Shown here piece after piece: positions 8,471 to 18,237 of a stretch of DNA of 49,081 bases. A program made the position numbers and the translations under genes. Origin of the DNA: Nanobdellota archaeon (GTDB lineage Archaea > Nanobdellota > Nanobdellia > Woesearchaeales > GW2011-AR9); NCBI GenBank assembly GCA_038046425.1, contig JBBSWG010000014.1:1-49081 (forward strand). Direction: 5' to 3'. Within the stretch, counting starts at the first letter, position 1. Every line of letters begins with the position of its first letter. The notes under the pieces are model-generated. The model was not told the origin of the DNA and ran no database searches. It was given only the letters and a program-made list of their open reading frames with translations.

Positions 8471-9121
8471 ATGAGTGAGACCATGATTTCCGAAAAGATT
8501 ACTTTACGGGACGCCCAGGAAAGCGAATACTTCCCGGGAGAAGATGAACCGAGTTATCTCTTTACTTCCAGCCAGCGGAAAGTAGTTAGGTGTAATATCT
8601 TTGCCACCATCATTGGCAAGGAAGAAGTGGGAAATATTACTAACCTTATTCTTGATGATGGGACGGCTCAGCTGGTGTTGCGTTCATTTGAGCCGACTTC
8701 ACGGGTACGGGCGTTACAGCTGGGAGAAGTTATCGCGGTAATGGGGCGAGTGCGGGTTTATAATGGGGAACGCTACCTCTCGCCTGAAATAGTGAAAAAG
8801 ATACCTTCGCTCTGGCTGAAAGTGCGCCAGCTGGAATTAGCTCAGCGGAAGCAGCAGGAGTCTCAGGAAGAACCAAAGATTGAACAAGAACTCATAGAAT
8901 CGGAATTAGGGACTGAAGAGCAAAAAGAAGAGCTGAAAGCTGAAGGGTGCGTTGAAGAATTGGTTATTAAAACAGTTAGAGAGAGAGATCAAGGCATCGG
9001 GATGGCTGTGGAAGAGCTGTTGGAATTGTTTCCAGAAGGGCAGACGGAACTGCTCATCGAGAAGATGCAACGGGAGGGTTTACTATTTCAGAATTTGCCG
9101 GGGAGGGTGAAAGTATTGTAA
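8471..9121 (+). CDS. RPA32/Stn1-like OB-fold protein with a C-terminal winged-helix-like domain
   Basis: An OB-like core (VVRCNIFATIIGKEE...VMGRVRVYNGERYLSPE), an acidic linker and a C-terminal wH-like segment. It lies immediately downstream of mcm. GTG 8465 is an alternative start. Confidence 0.5.
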   Translation: MSETMISEKITLRDAQESEYFPGEDEPSYLFTSSQRKVVRCNIFATIIGKEEVGNITNLILDDGTAQLVLRSFEPTSRVRALQLGEVIAVMGRVRVYNGERYLSPEIVKKIPSLWLKVRQLELAQRKQQESQEEPKIEQELIESELGTEEQKEELKAEGCVEELVIKTVRERDQGIGMAVEELLELFPEGQTELLIEKMQREGLLFQNLPGRVKVL

Positions 9122-9137
9122 TTATGGTTGAAATTGT

Positions 9138-9229
9138 AACTGAAACTTTTGCATTTTTATCTAATCTAGGCAAAAGTTTCGAGCCTGCACTTTTGCCATT
9201 TATACCTAAAACGCAAAAGTGCAGGTAAC
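9138..9229 (+). repeat. double-hairpin repeat, family H copy 1
   Basis: Hairpin 1 pairs GAAACTTTTGC (9142-9152) with GCAAAAGTTTC (9170-9180). Hairpin 2 pairs CCTGCACTTTTGC (9184-9196) with GCAAAAGTGCAGG (9213-9225). It is homologous, in inverted orientation, to 34155-34258. Confidence 0.8.
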
Positions 9230-9253
9230 GGAATGTTTTTCTGTGGAAAAATT

Positions 9254-10108
9254 TTAGGTAAACAACAACGGCGTAATATACACTTCTGTAATTGCTGCCA
9301 CTACCAGTAATCCCAGACTGATAAACACTAGATCCAGCACATCAATGAGTAATTGGTCTTTGTTAAGGTTATGTTTAATCACGGCGATGGAGACAATCCC
9401 GCCGGCCAGCCCCATCACAAAATAGGCGGCAATTTCAAAGACACCGTGGGTCATGTAACGAAAAAAGCCAAAAGCAGTGGCATTAAAATAGGAAGCGAAG
9501 TTTATGAGTCCTGCTGCCGCTGCAGTTTGAGCAATTTCTTTCTTGACCACCGCGCCGATGGCCGTGGCGATGACCGAAGCATTCCAAGTGAGGATGAAAA
9601 TAGCACCAGTGCCATACAATAGGCTAAAAATCAGGCAGAAGAACAAAACTTTAATGTTATTGACGAGAATACGGACAAAAACATCAAAGCGAGTAATCCC
9701 CCCAGTTAGCATGCCACGAATGTTATCATTAACATTGAGAATAGCCCGCTCTTGTAGGTTAAACACGCTGGAAACAATGGTGGAAGGGAAGAAGATATAA
9801 ACAAGTGCAAAAGTGATGGTTATCCCAAAGAAGAGGAAAAGCAAGTAGCTTAACACTTTACCATGTTCTTTCAGTAATCGTGATTCTTTCGTGTAGCGCA
9901 GATCAAGCTTTTCCTCATTCTGGATAGTAATATAAAATAAAGGTAGTACCGCCATAACTATAAGAAAAACCATAAGAATACCTGCTACCTCTTTAAACAC
10001 AAAATAGGAGAGAATAAGCCCGACTAAAGTGTAGATCGCACCGGCAATAAACATCTCCCAGGGCTTCTTTTTCACTTTAAATGGATTAAATAGCGCTTCA
10101 AGAACCAT
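9254..10108 (-). CDS. SpoIIM-like (DUF95) integral membrane protein
   Basis: 284 aa, multi-TM, with a pattern reminiscent of the stage II sporulation protein M family (NNIKVLFFCL...GTGAIFIL.WN, THGVFEIAAYF). Confidence 0.5.
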   Translation of the reverse strand: MVLEALFNPFKVKKKPWEMFIAGAIYTLVGLILSYFVFKEVAGILMVFLIVMAVLPLFYITIQNEEKLDLRYTKESRLLKEHGKVLSYLLFLFFGITITFALVYIFFPSTIVSSVFNLQERAILNVNDNIRGMLTGGITRFDVFVRILVNNIKVLFFCLIFSLLYGTGAIFILTWNASVIATAIGAVVKKEIAQTAAAAGLINFASYFNATAFGFFRYMTHGVFEIAAYFVMGLAGGIVSIAVIKHNLNKDQLLIDVLDLVFISLGLLVVAAITEVYITPLLFT

Positions 10109-10245
10109 GAAGCTAGAAGTGGGCCTGCCTATTTAAACGTTTCTGATAGTTTTAAATTACTTTTTCAAACACATTTTTGTGTGTATAGAAAATAAATAGT
10201 TAATGATTTAATATAAAATAAAGTTTATAGTGTAAAGTAGAGTGA

Positions 10246-10266
10246 CCCCTTAATTTCCTATGGAAA
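10246..10266 (-). promoter_or_regulatory. origin recognition box (ORB) left copy
   Basis: The minus strand reads TTTCCATAGGAAATTAAGGGG, a TTCCA-N3-GAAA dyad followed by a G-string. Confidence 0.65.
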
Positions 10267-10665
10267 TTATAAATATAATAATAGAAAACGTTACACTTAC
10301 ATTATTTTTATTATTTTCAATAGTTTTAATATAATTATTAAGATATATATTTTTTAGTTAATAAACATATTATTAAAAATTATTATTAAATTATAATTAA
10401 AATAGGATTAAAATTATTTTCAACAGCGATTATAGTATTATATATTATCTATATAGATAAATAATATATTTAATCTTAATTATTAATTATTTTATTGTTT
10501 ATTTAATGTTAGTTTAACGTTAATTAATTATGTAGTTATTTTATTATTTTGTTATTTTATCGTTATTTTATTATTCATTATTTCTTATGTTTCATTTAAA
10601 TTGAAAAAAGGTAAAGAATATATATAACCTCATCTCTTACTCTTTTTCTACATCAATACCTCTTT

Positions 10666-10686
10666 TTTCCAGGCGAAATCAAGGGG
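10666..10686 (+). promoter_or_regulatory. origin recognition box (ORB) right copy
   Basis: The plus strand reads TTTCCAGGCGAAATCAAGGGG. It is inverted relative to the left box and has the same dyad plus G-string. Confidence 0.65.
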
Positions 10687-10723
10687 TAGGGGTACGTTGA
10701 GAAATAAGAATATTTACGCTTAA

Positions 10724-11926
10724 ATGGGGGATATGATGGAAATAGATCATTTCTTTAAACAATATCTTACCCAGAAATCTCTATTTCTTAGCAAAGTTCC
10801 ATTATCCGCGACTTATCTTCCTGAACAAGTTCCATACCGAGAAGAGCAGTTACAGGAAATTGCTAATATTCTTGCTCCTGCTTTACGGCAGGAAAAACCC
10901 TCTAATCTCTTTATTTATGGTAAGCCCGGAACAGGCAAAACTCTTTCTACTAAACATATTATTCATTCTATAACTTCTCTAGCTGAGCAAAAGAATATTC
11001 CCCTCCGTTGTATCTACATCAACTGTAAGCTTCGTCGCGTTGCTGATACCGAATATCGTCTCGTTGCTCAACTAATCAAAGAATATGGAAAAGAAGTTCC
11101 AGTCACTGGCCTACCCACCGATCAGGTCTATCATCTTTTTTATACCCTCCTCGATCAGCAGAAGCATCTCGTCCTTCTGGTTCTCGATGAGATTGATCAA
11201 CTTACCTCCAAGATTGGTGATGAAATATTATACAATCTAACCAGAATTAACACCGAACTCAAGCAGTCCCAGCTCAGCATCATCGGCATCTCTAACAATT
11301 TAATTTTTGCTGAGAATCTTGATCCCCGGATTAAAAGCAGTTTGAGTGAGGAAGAATTAGTGTTTCCACCGTATAATGCGGTTCAGATTCAGGATATTTT
11401 ACGGCAGCGCAGCAGCCAGGCTTTTCGTGATGGTACGATGCAAGCAGGCGTCATTGAAAAATGTGCTGCCTATGCGGCCCGAGAACATGGTGATGCGCGC
11501 AAAGCAATAGATTTGCTGCGAGTAGCAGGCGAAATTGCGGAACGAAGCGGCAGCGAGATTGTACAGCTACAACATCTTGATGAGGCTCAACGCAAGATTG
11601 AGCATGATACGTTGCTCACCGCTGCTCTCAGCCAGCCTAAACAAGTACAGGCTATTCTTTATTCTTTACTGATCCTGAATAAAGATAACATCTTTACGGG
11701 TGAGATTTATGATCTCTATCGTCGCCTCTGCCGTCAGCATAAATTGAACGTTCTGACGCAACGACGGGTCTCCGATATCCTCGCCGAGCTGGACATGCTG
11801 GGTCTAATCACCGCTCGCATAATTTCTAAAGGGAGATACGGCCGCACTCGGGACATCTCCCTTAATTTAGAAGAAAATGTTCGCAGCAAGCTTAAAGAAC
11901 TGTTAGAAAAGTCTCTCCTCGCCTGA
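10724..11926 (+). CDS. cdc6: Orc1/Cdc6 replication initiator
   Basis: AAA+ Walker A GKPGTGKT, Walker B LVLDEID, and a C-terminal winged-helix region. 400 aa. Confidence 0.95.
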   Translation: MGDMMEIDHFFKQYLTQKSLFLSKVPLSATYLPEQVPYREEQLQEIANILAPALRQEKPSNLFIYGKPGTGKTLSTKHIIHSITSLAEQKNIPLRCIYINCKLRRVADTEYRLVAQLIKEYGKEVPVTGLPTDQVYHLFYTLLDQQKHLVLLVLDEIDQLTSKIGDEILYNLTRINTELKQSQLSIIGISNNLIFAENLDPRIKSSLSEEELVFPPYNAVQIQDILRQRSSQAFRDGTMQAGVIEKCAAYAAREHGDARKAIDLLRVAGEIAERSGSEIVQLQHLDEAQRKIEHDTLLTAALSQPKQVQAILYSLLILNKDNIFTGEIYDLYRRLCRQHKLNVLTQRRVSDILAELDMLGLITARIISKGRYGRTRDISLNLEENVRSKLKELLEKSLLA

Positions 11927-11933
11927 ATCTCTC

Positions 11934-13514
11934 ATGGATAAACAAAAATTAATCAGCCAACTGTTTGATCAGGGACTATTGCTTGGCCAGGATCTTATGG
12001 AAAGTGGACTTTCAGTATCATTTCCTTTTTCTGAACCGGCCTTTTCTGACCAACTTAAGACCGATACGACTTTGCTGGTACTTACCCAGGATTATCTTCA
12101 CCAACAACTGGAATTAACTAAATTTCCTGAAAGCCAGAAATCAGAAACTCCTGTCGAAATCCCTGCTCTCTTACCCACAATAACCGGTACAGCAATAACC
12201 AGTACAACAATAACCGGTATTGTTGCTCCATCTTTTTCTCCCATTATCATCACCTTTCCCACCGCCACGGTCAAGCAATTTGAAGTGAAAGATTTTACCT
12301 CTTTATTCTTGTCACGCTATCGCTTCCTTAGCAATCTGCTGCGCCATCGTTCTGAGCTGCAAAATATCCTGCCGTTAGCCCGTCTGCTGCAAAAAGCTCG
12401 GGCAGAAAAAGGCGAAGGGGGAAGGGAATCCAGCGCGTTCATCGCCATGATCAGCGAGGTTACCATAACCAAAAGCGGAAACATTCTTCTCACGGTCGAA
12501 GATCCCACCGGGTCAGCAAAAGTCCTTATTCCCAAACAGAACCGGGAATTGTTTGCTGTTGCCAAAGAAATTGTCGTTGATGAGGTCTTAGGCATTGTCG
12601 GAACGGTCACGGATAAATTCATCTTTGCCGATGCTATAATCTGGCCGGAAATTCCAGCCCGGGAAATAAAAAAAGTTCCCGTTGATGATTATGCCATCTT
12701 TCTTTCTGACATCCATGTCGGCTCTACTTTGTTCCTGCACGAGGAATTCCAGCGTTTCCTGCAGTGGATTAAAGGGCTAGCGGGTAATGAACAGCAGCGG
12801 GAAATCGCTGCTCGCGTCAAATACATTTTCATTGCCGGTGATTTGGTGGACGGTGTCGGGGTTTATCCTTCCCAGGAAAAAGAACTGGCCATCACTGACA
12901 TCTTTCAACAATATGCTGAATTTACCCGTCTTCTCACTCAGATACCTCTCGATAAACAAATCATTATCTGTCCCGGCAATCATGACGTTGTGCAATTAGC
13001 GGAGCCACAACCAGCGCTTTATCTGGAGTATGCGCCGGAACTCGCAGGGTTACCGAATGTTCACCTCGTACCTAATCCTTCGTTCGTCACCATCGGCGCT
13101 ACTGAACAATTTTCCGGGTTAGACGTGCTGCTGTATCATGGCTACAGCTTTGATTATTTTGTAGCTAATGTTGATGCCATCCGGGCGCAAGGCGGCTATC
13201 ATCGGGCTGACCTGATCATGAAATTTCTCCTGAAGAGGCGACATTTAGCACCTTCATTCAAATCAACGGCCTACTATCCCGGTTATGCGGAGGATCCCCT
13301 GCTTATCACCAAAGTACCAGATCTGCTCGTCACTGGCCATATCCATTATTCCCATGTTGCTAATTATAAAGGTGTGACGATGATCAGTTGCAGCTGCTGG
13401 CAGGGCAAGACCAGTTACCAGGTCAAGCTGGGACATGATCCGGAACCGGCTCGTGTCCCTCTGGTCAATCTCCGCACGCGAGAAGTTAAAATATTGAGGT
13501 TTGGGCGAGAATGA
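11934..13514 (+). CDS. DNA polymerase D (Pol II) small subunit DP1
   Basis: An OB region followed by calcineurin-like phosphoesterase motifs (LSDIHVGS, GDLVDG, GNHD, GH.H). It lies directly upstream of DP2. Confidence 0.9.
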   Translation: MDKQKLISQLFDQGLLLGQDLMESGLSVSFPFSEPAFSDQLKTDTTLLVLTQDYLHQQLELTKFPESQKSETPVEIPALLPTITGTAITSTTITGIVAPSFSPIIITFPTATVKQFEVKDFTSLFLSRYRFLSNLLRHRSELQNILPLARLLQKARAEKGEGGRESSAFIAMISEVTITKSGNILLTVEDPTGSAKVLIPKQNRELFAVAKEIVVDEVLGIVGTVTDKFIFADAIIWPEIPAREIKKVPVDDYAIFLSDIHVGSTLFLHEEFQRFLQWIKGLAGNEQQREIAARVKYIFIAGDLVDGVGVYPSQEKELAITDIFQQYAEFTRLLTQIPLDKQIIICPGNHDVVQLAEPQPALYLEYAPELAGLPNVHLVPNPSFVTIGATEQFSGLDVLLYHGYSFDYFVANVDAIRAQGGYHRADLIMKFLLKRRHLAPSFKSTAYYPGYAEDPLLITKVPDLLVTGHIHYSHVANYKGVTMISCSCWQGKTSYQVKLGHDPEPARVPLVNLRTREVKILRFGRE

Positions 13515-13545
13515 TTACCAAAAATGATCCAAAAATAATACCAAA

Positions 13546-16500
13546 ATGACCTTTACTATACCCGCTTCCCCGGCGATGGAACAGTACTTTCAGACGATTC
13601 AGGCTGAGATTAAGTGTTGTTATACCAAAGCTGCGGAAGCCCGCGCCCTAAATCTTGATCCTGAACCTACAGTTCCTATTCCTCTTGCTGAGAATATGGC
13701 CGAGCGCGTTGTCGGTCTGATTTCCGTGCTTGCTCCTCAGGTTGCTACCTCGGGCATCACCGTCCGGATCATGGAACTGGAAAAGGAATTCGGGCGTTTA
13801 GACTGGCGCGTTGGTTTTGTCATCGCGGAAGAAGTTGCCCAGCAGAAATGGTGTTCTTTTCGCAACTCGCTGGAAGCATTAGAGATGGGCATTCGGGTTG
13901 GTTTTGCTTATTTAACGTTGGGCATCGTTTCTGCACCTTTAGAAGGCTTTATCGGCCTGAAATTAAAGAAGCGTAAGGATGGGAAAGAATATTTTGCTGT
14001 TCGTTATGCGGGCCCGATCCGTGGTGCGGGAGGAACAGCCGCATCAATTTCCGTTATCCTGGCTGACTACGTCCGCATTAAATTTGGGTATGCACCCTAT
14101 GATCCTGAAGAAGCGGAAATCAACCGTTCCGTAGCGGAAGTGGCCGATTATCATGAGCGGGTCACCAACTTGCAATATTTTCCCTCAGAAGAGGAATTGC
14201 GCTTCCTTCTTTCTCATCTGCCGGTGGAAGTGGACGGTGATCCGACGGAGAAGATAGAAGTATCTAATTATAAAGACCTGCCACGGATCGAGACTAACTT
14301 CATCCGTGGTGGCGTGCCGCTGGTCTTGGCGGAAGGTTTATGCCAGAAAGCTGCAAAAATCTGGAAACGGCTTGGTAAGTGGGGCCAGCAATTTTCGTTA
14401 GAGTGGGGTTGGTTAGCAGAATTCCTGAAAGTGAAAGAGCAGGTTCATGCTTCCCAGGCTCAAGCTAAAGGGAATGAAAGTATGACCCGTTCAGTCCAGC
14501 CCAACAATACGTTTCTGATGGATCTCGTCGCGGGCCGGCCGATTCTGACCTATCCGCTTCGTCCCGGTGGCTTTCGCTTGCGTTATGGACGCACCAGAAC
14601 TTCTGGTTTCTCTGCTACTGCATTGCATCCAGCAACCTTACTCGTGCTTGATAAGTACATCGCTATCGGAACGCAACTAAAAGTGGAACGGCCAGGAAAG
14701 GCGGCCGCCGTCACCGTCTGTGAGACTATTGATGGACCGATCGTCAAGCTTCAGGATGGTTCTGTCGTAGCGCTCAAAACGGAAAGTAGTGCCCGACAGT
14801 ACCTTCCCCAAATTGAGGAAATCATTTACCTTGGCGATATCTTGTTTAATTATGGCGATTTTTCTGAGAACGGGCAACGGTTAGTGCCTGCTGGGTATTG
14901 CCCGGAATGGTGGGCGGCTGAATTACAGCAGGCCTTAGAGAAAAAAGAAGAAAGAGACGTCGAGGAAAAATTGGCTCTCGAGCGTTTACAGGAATTATCA
15001 ACAAATTATTTTACCGGTTATCCCACCTTTGAGGAAGCGGTAGCTTTAAGCCAAACCTTGAACCTGCCTTTGCATCCCGAATACACTTTATTCTGGAAAC
15101 TGGTGACGGCTCCAGATTTAGTCCTTCTCCTGAGCTGGTTACAGCAAGGCGAGGTTAAAAGCGATGAAGAGGGTTTACAGAAAATTATCATTCCTTATTA
15201 CAGTTCCGTGGAACATTATGTTAAAAGCAAGTCTGTTCTGGAATCGTTGGGAGTTGAACATCACCTCGTCAACAAGGAGTTAGTCGTGCTGGAGCAGCGG
15301 GAAGCGAAAATTCTTGGCTTCTGCTTTGGTTTTACTGATCAGGATTCGCTTAAGGCTTTAGCGGTTAGCGATGGGCAAGGAGTTGATGGCTTACAGCTTA
15401 TCCAACAACATTGTCCGGTTCCCCTTCGTGACAAAGCGGGTACGTTCATTGGCGCGCGTATGGGCCGGCCGGAAAAAGCAAAGATGCGCCATCTTACTGG
15501 TTCGCCGCAGATGATGTTTCCCGTAGGGGGAGAAGGTGACCGTTTACGCAGCGTGCAGGCAGCAGTCGAAGCTGGTAAAGTCAACAGTACTTTTCCTTTA
15601 TTCTATTGTTCCGCCTGCCAACGCAGCATGATTTATCCCTCCTGTGAAGAATGTCATGCCCGTTGTGAGAAACGATATTATTGCCGGATTTGCGGTGATA
15701 TTCTGCAGGAGCAATGTCGGCATGGCCCAGGCCAGTCGTACAAGACATTTGATTTGGATATTGGCTATTACTTTAAGAAGGCTAAGGATCGTCTCGGTGA
15801 TAAAGTCCATCCTGAATTGGTGAAAGGCGTGCGCGGGACCTCCAATAAAAATCATGTTGTTGAGCATCTGGCGAAAGGCCTGTTGCGGGCGAAACATGCC
15901 ATCTACGTCAACAAGGACGGTACGACCAGGTACGACTGTACGGAACTGCCGATCACTCATTTCAAGCCGAAAGAGATCAAGACTTCTTTAGAGAAGCTGA
16001 AACAGCTTGGGTATGGGTACGACATTCACAAGCAGGAACTCGTCGATGATGATCAAGTTCTGGAACTAAAGCCGCAGGACTTGATTCTGCCTAGTTTTGA
16101 CAGCATTGATGAATCAGCCCCTCAAGTACTGAAACGGGTCGCTGGCTTTGTGGATGATCTCTTAGTGCGCTTTTACCGACAGGAACCGTTTTACCAGATC
16201 AAGAATGAAGAGGGCTTAGTAGGCCAGCTGGTGATTGGTCTGGCTCCGCACATCTCCGCTGGTTTAATCGGTCGGATCATCGGTTTTTCTGATACCCAGG
16301 GACTATTAGCTCATCCGCTCTACCATGCCGGCATGCGCCGTGATGCCGATGGTGATGAAGCCGCGATAATGCTTTTAATGGACGCTTTACTGAATTTCTC
16401 CCGGCAATTCCTTCCGAACACCAGGGGATCAACCATGGACTCACCATTAGTTTTAACCTCGATCCTTAACCCCAGCGAAGTCGATGATCAGGTGCATGGT

Positions 16501-17115
16501 CTCGACGTTGCCTGGCGTTATCCGGTAGAACTGTATGAAGCGGCGTTAGAGATGAAATTTCCCTGGGAAGTTCGTTATCAGCAGAAGAAAGTAGAACAGC
16601 TCGGTGACCGTTTAGGAACGCCGCAGCAGTACGAGGGTTTAGGCTACACTCATCCGGTCGACAATTTCAACAAAGCCGTTACCTGTTCCGCGTACAAGAC
16701 CAAGCCGTCAATGGAAGAGAAATTGTTAGGTCAGATGGAGATTGCCCGCAAAATCCGGGCCGTGGATTTAGATGACGTCGCGAAGTTAGTGATCCAGAAG
16801 CATTTTCTGAAAGATATCAAAGGCAACTTAAAGAAATTTTCTATGCAACAGTTTCGCTGTGTAAAATGCAATGAGAAATACCGCCGTCCGCCCTTGGTGG
16901 GAAAATGCCTGGCCTGCGGGAATAAGCTGTTGTTTACCATCACGGAAGGTTCGGTTGTAAAATACCTCGGCCCCTCACTGCTCCTCGCTCAAAAATATGA
17001 ATTTTCACCCTATCTAAAACAGGTGCTGCAGGTGCTGAAGGTTAATGTGGACAGCGTGTTTGGCAAAGAGAAGGAGAAGCAGGTGGGTTTGTCTGGTTTT
17101 ATCGGACCCCGTTAA
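13546..17115 (+). CDS. DNA polymerase D (Pol II) large subunit DP2
   Basis: 1189 aa. It has the characteristic DP2 blocks (GPIRGAGGTAAS, RMGRPEKA, multiple Cys clusters, RRDADGDE). The length leaves no room for an intein. Confidence 0.9.
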   Translation: MTFTIPASPAMEQYFQTIQAEIKCCYTKAAEARALNLDPEPTVPIPLAENMAERVVGLISVLAPQVATSGITVRIMELEKEFGRLDWRVGFVIAEEVAQQKWCSFRNSLEALEMGIRVGFAYLTLGIVSAPLEGFIGLKLKKRKDGKEYFAVRYAGPIRGAGGTAASISVILADYVRIKFGYAPYDPEEAEINRSVAEVADYHERVTNLQYFPSEEELRFLLSHLPVEVDGDPTEKIEVSNYKDLPRIETNFIRGGVPLVLAEGLCQKAAKIWKRLGKWGQQFSLEWGWLAEFLKVKEQVHASQAQAKGNESMTRSVQPNNTFLMDLVAGRPILTYPLRPGGFRLRYGRTRTSGFSATALHPATLLVLDKYIAIGTQLKVERPGKAAAVTVCETIDGPIVKLQDGSVVALKTESSARQYLPQIEEIIYLGDILFNYGDFSENGQRLVPAGYCPEWWAAELQQALEKKEERDVEEKLALERLQELSTNYFTGYPTFEEAVALSQTLNLPLHPEYTLFWKLVTAPDLVLLLSWLQQGEVKSDEEGLQKIIIPYYSSVEHYVKSKSVLESLGVEHHLVNKELVVLEQREAKILGFCFGFTDQDSLKALAVSDGQGVDGLQLIQQHCPVPLRDKAGTFIGARMGRPEKAKMRHLTGSPQMMFPVGGEGDRLRSVQAAVEAGKVNSTFPLFYCSACQRSMIYPSCEECHARCEKRYYCRICGDILQEQCRHGPGQSYKTFDLDIGYYFKKAKDRLGDKVHPELVKGVRGTSNKNHVVEHLAKGLLRAKHAIYVNKDGTTRYDCTELPITHFKPKEIKTSLEKLKQLGYGYDIHKQELVDDDQVLELKPQDLILPSFDSIDESAPQVLKRVAGFVDDLLVRFYRQEPFYQIKNEEGLVGQLVIGLAPHISAGLIGRIIGFSDTQGLLAHPLYHAGMRRDADGDEAAIMLLMDALLNFSRQFLPNTRGSTMDSPLVLTSILNPSEVDDQVHGLDVAWRYPVELYEAALEMKFPWEVRYQQKKVEQLGDRLGTPQQYEGLGYTHPVDNFNKAVTCSAYKTKPSMEEKLLGQMEIARKIRAVDLDDVAKLVIQKHFLKDIKGNLKKFSMQQFRCVKCNEKYRRPPLVGKCLACGNKLLFTITEGSVVKYLGPSLLLAQKYEFSPYLKQVLQVLKVNVDSVFGKEKEKQVGLSGFIGPR

Positions 17116-17132
17116 TTGCACGATAAAATTCC

Positions 17133-17723
17133 CTAGCACAGATACAGCACGCTTTCTACCGTTCCCACTTCCGTGCTCAAAGGAAAAGCATCCGAGCTAT
17201 CCCTGGCTTTCGTTGCCGGACAGCCTATTCCCCGCCGTACTGGCGGATCGAGCAGGGCCACAACGCCAAACGGCTCCAGCAGCGAGACATTAAGATCATA
17301 ATTTATGTTCCACTTCCCTAAAGTCTGCTCCAGCAGTTCTTCTACTTGCTCCCGCAGAAATATACAGCTATGCTGCTGATTACAGCGGTACCGGGAATAG
17401 CCGCCCGGTCTGGTGTCATAATATTGAGCACAGTCTTCCAGTATATCCTTGCCGAGGCGCGGAAGAGAACCGCTGGGAGAATTACCACCTGCTTGCGGTA
17501 TACAGCCTTGCTCACCGAACTCGCCAGCTTCAGCCGCCGTCGTTTTGAGTATGGCACTCAGCGTACTCTGCGCTAACAGTTCCCGCTGCACCGTCACTTT
17601 TCCTTCCTTCTTCTTTTCCTGCAGGGCAAATTTAGTCATGAACAGCAGGCCCAAAGTAATGAGAATGACAATCACTACCAGTCCTGCCGCTTCCATTTGT
17701 GCCCGTTTTCGGGTGTGTTTCAT
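17133..17723 (-). CDS. small exported protein with a pilin-like (class III signal-like) N-terminus
   Basis: MKHTRKRAQ/MEAAGLVVIVILITLGLLF: a short basic head, then AQ, then a hydrophobic helix. Its start overlaps the upstream stop by 4 nt (ATGA). Confidence 0.45.
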   Translation of the reverse strand: MKHTRKRAQMEAAGLVVIVILITLGLLFMTKFALQEKKKEGKVTVQRELLAQSTLSAILKTTAAEAGEFGEQGCIPQAGGNSPSGSLPRLGKDILEDCAQYYDTRPGGYSRYRCNQQHSCIFLREQVEELLEQTLGKWNINYDLNVSLLEPFGVVALLDPPVRRGIGCPATKARDSSDAFPLSTEVGTVESVLYLC

Positions 17724-18211
17724 GAGTACACCCCCACTTCCACGTAACCGTAACTGTAATAGGGCTCTCCTCCTGCCAGACTATCATCCCGTAACGTCAC
17801 CACAAAAAAAGCAGGATGATAATTCTTTGCCTGCTCCCTCTTCTGGGCATAAAGATAATAAACTTTCTCTTCCGGATAAAGAGCATGAATGGTGATATTG
17901 GAAAACGAGAACAGCTGGAAATAATATCCCTCTAAATGCTCCTGCATCGTTCCGTTAGCCTGACGCAACTTCATGACATCAATACAGTTATCTTCCGGTT
18001 CAGCTTCACCTTTGCTGCACAGCAGTTCCGGCAGGAAGAGCACGTTTAAGGTGGTATCAATGGTCCTCGCTACGGCCAGCTCTTTTCCCCGTTCTTTGAT
18101 TGCTGATTTCTGATACTGGTAATAGAAGATGATGCCTACCGTCAGCAGGATAAAAAATATGAAAAGGATGGCGATGGTTTCCGTAAGCTGGATTTGGCTG
18201 CGGCGGTTCAT
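17720..18211 (-). CDS. small exported protein with a pilin-like N-terminus
   Basis: MNRRSQ/IQLTETIAILFIFFILL: a basic head, Q, IQLTE (a Glu near +5) and a hydrophobic helix. Confidence 0.5.
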   Translation of the reverse strand: MNRRSQIQLTETIAILFIFFILLTVGIIFYYQYQKSAIKERGKELAVARTIDTTLNVLFLPELLCSKGEAEPEDNCIDVMKLRQANGTMQEHLEGYYFQLFSFSNITIHALYPEEKVYYLYAQKREQAKNYHPAFFVVTLRDDSLAGGEPYYSYGYVEVGVYS

Positions 18212-18237
18212 GGTTAATAGTGGGATAGATTACTGGT

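Larger units (their letters stand above)
10140..10720. other. chromosomal replication origin (oriC) with an AT-rich duplex unwinding region
   Basis: About 580 bp of non-coding, almost pure A/T sequence. It is flanked by inverted ORB-like boxes and lies directly upstream of orc1/cdc6. Confidence 0.75.

Noticed and set aside
9138-9229. The possibility that the hairpin repeats (families H, A, B) are CRISPR repeats.
   Set aside because: Copies are isolated or inverted rather than arranged in a regularly spaced direct array. They are far longer than CRISPR repeats, and no cas genes lie nearby.
13546-17115. A check for inteins in PolD DP2, and likewise in MCM and Orc1/Cdc6.
   Set aside because: The protein lengths are those of intein-free homologs, and no Cys/Ser...HN-Cys/Ser/Thr splice-junction blocks or homing-endonuclease motifs were seen.
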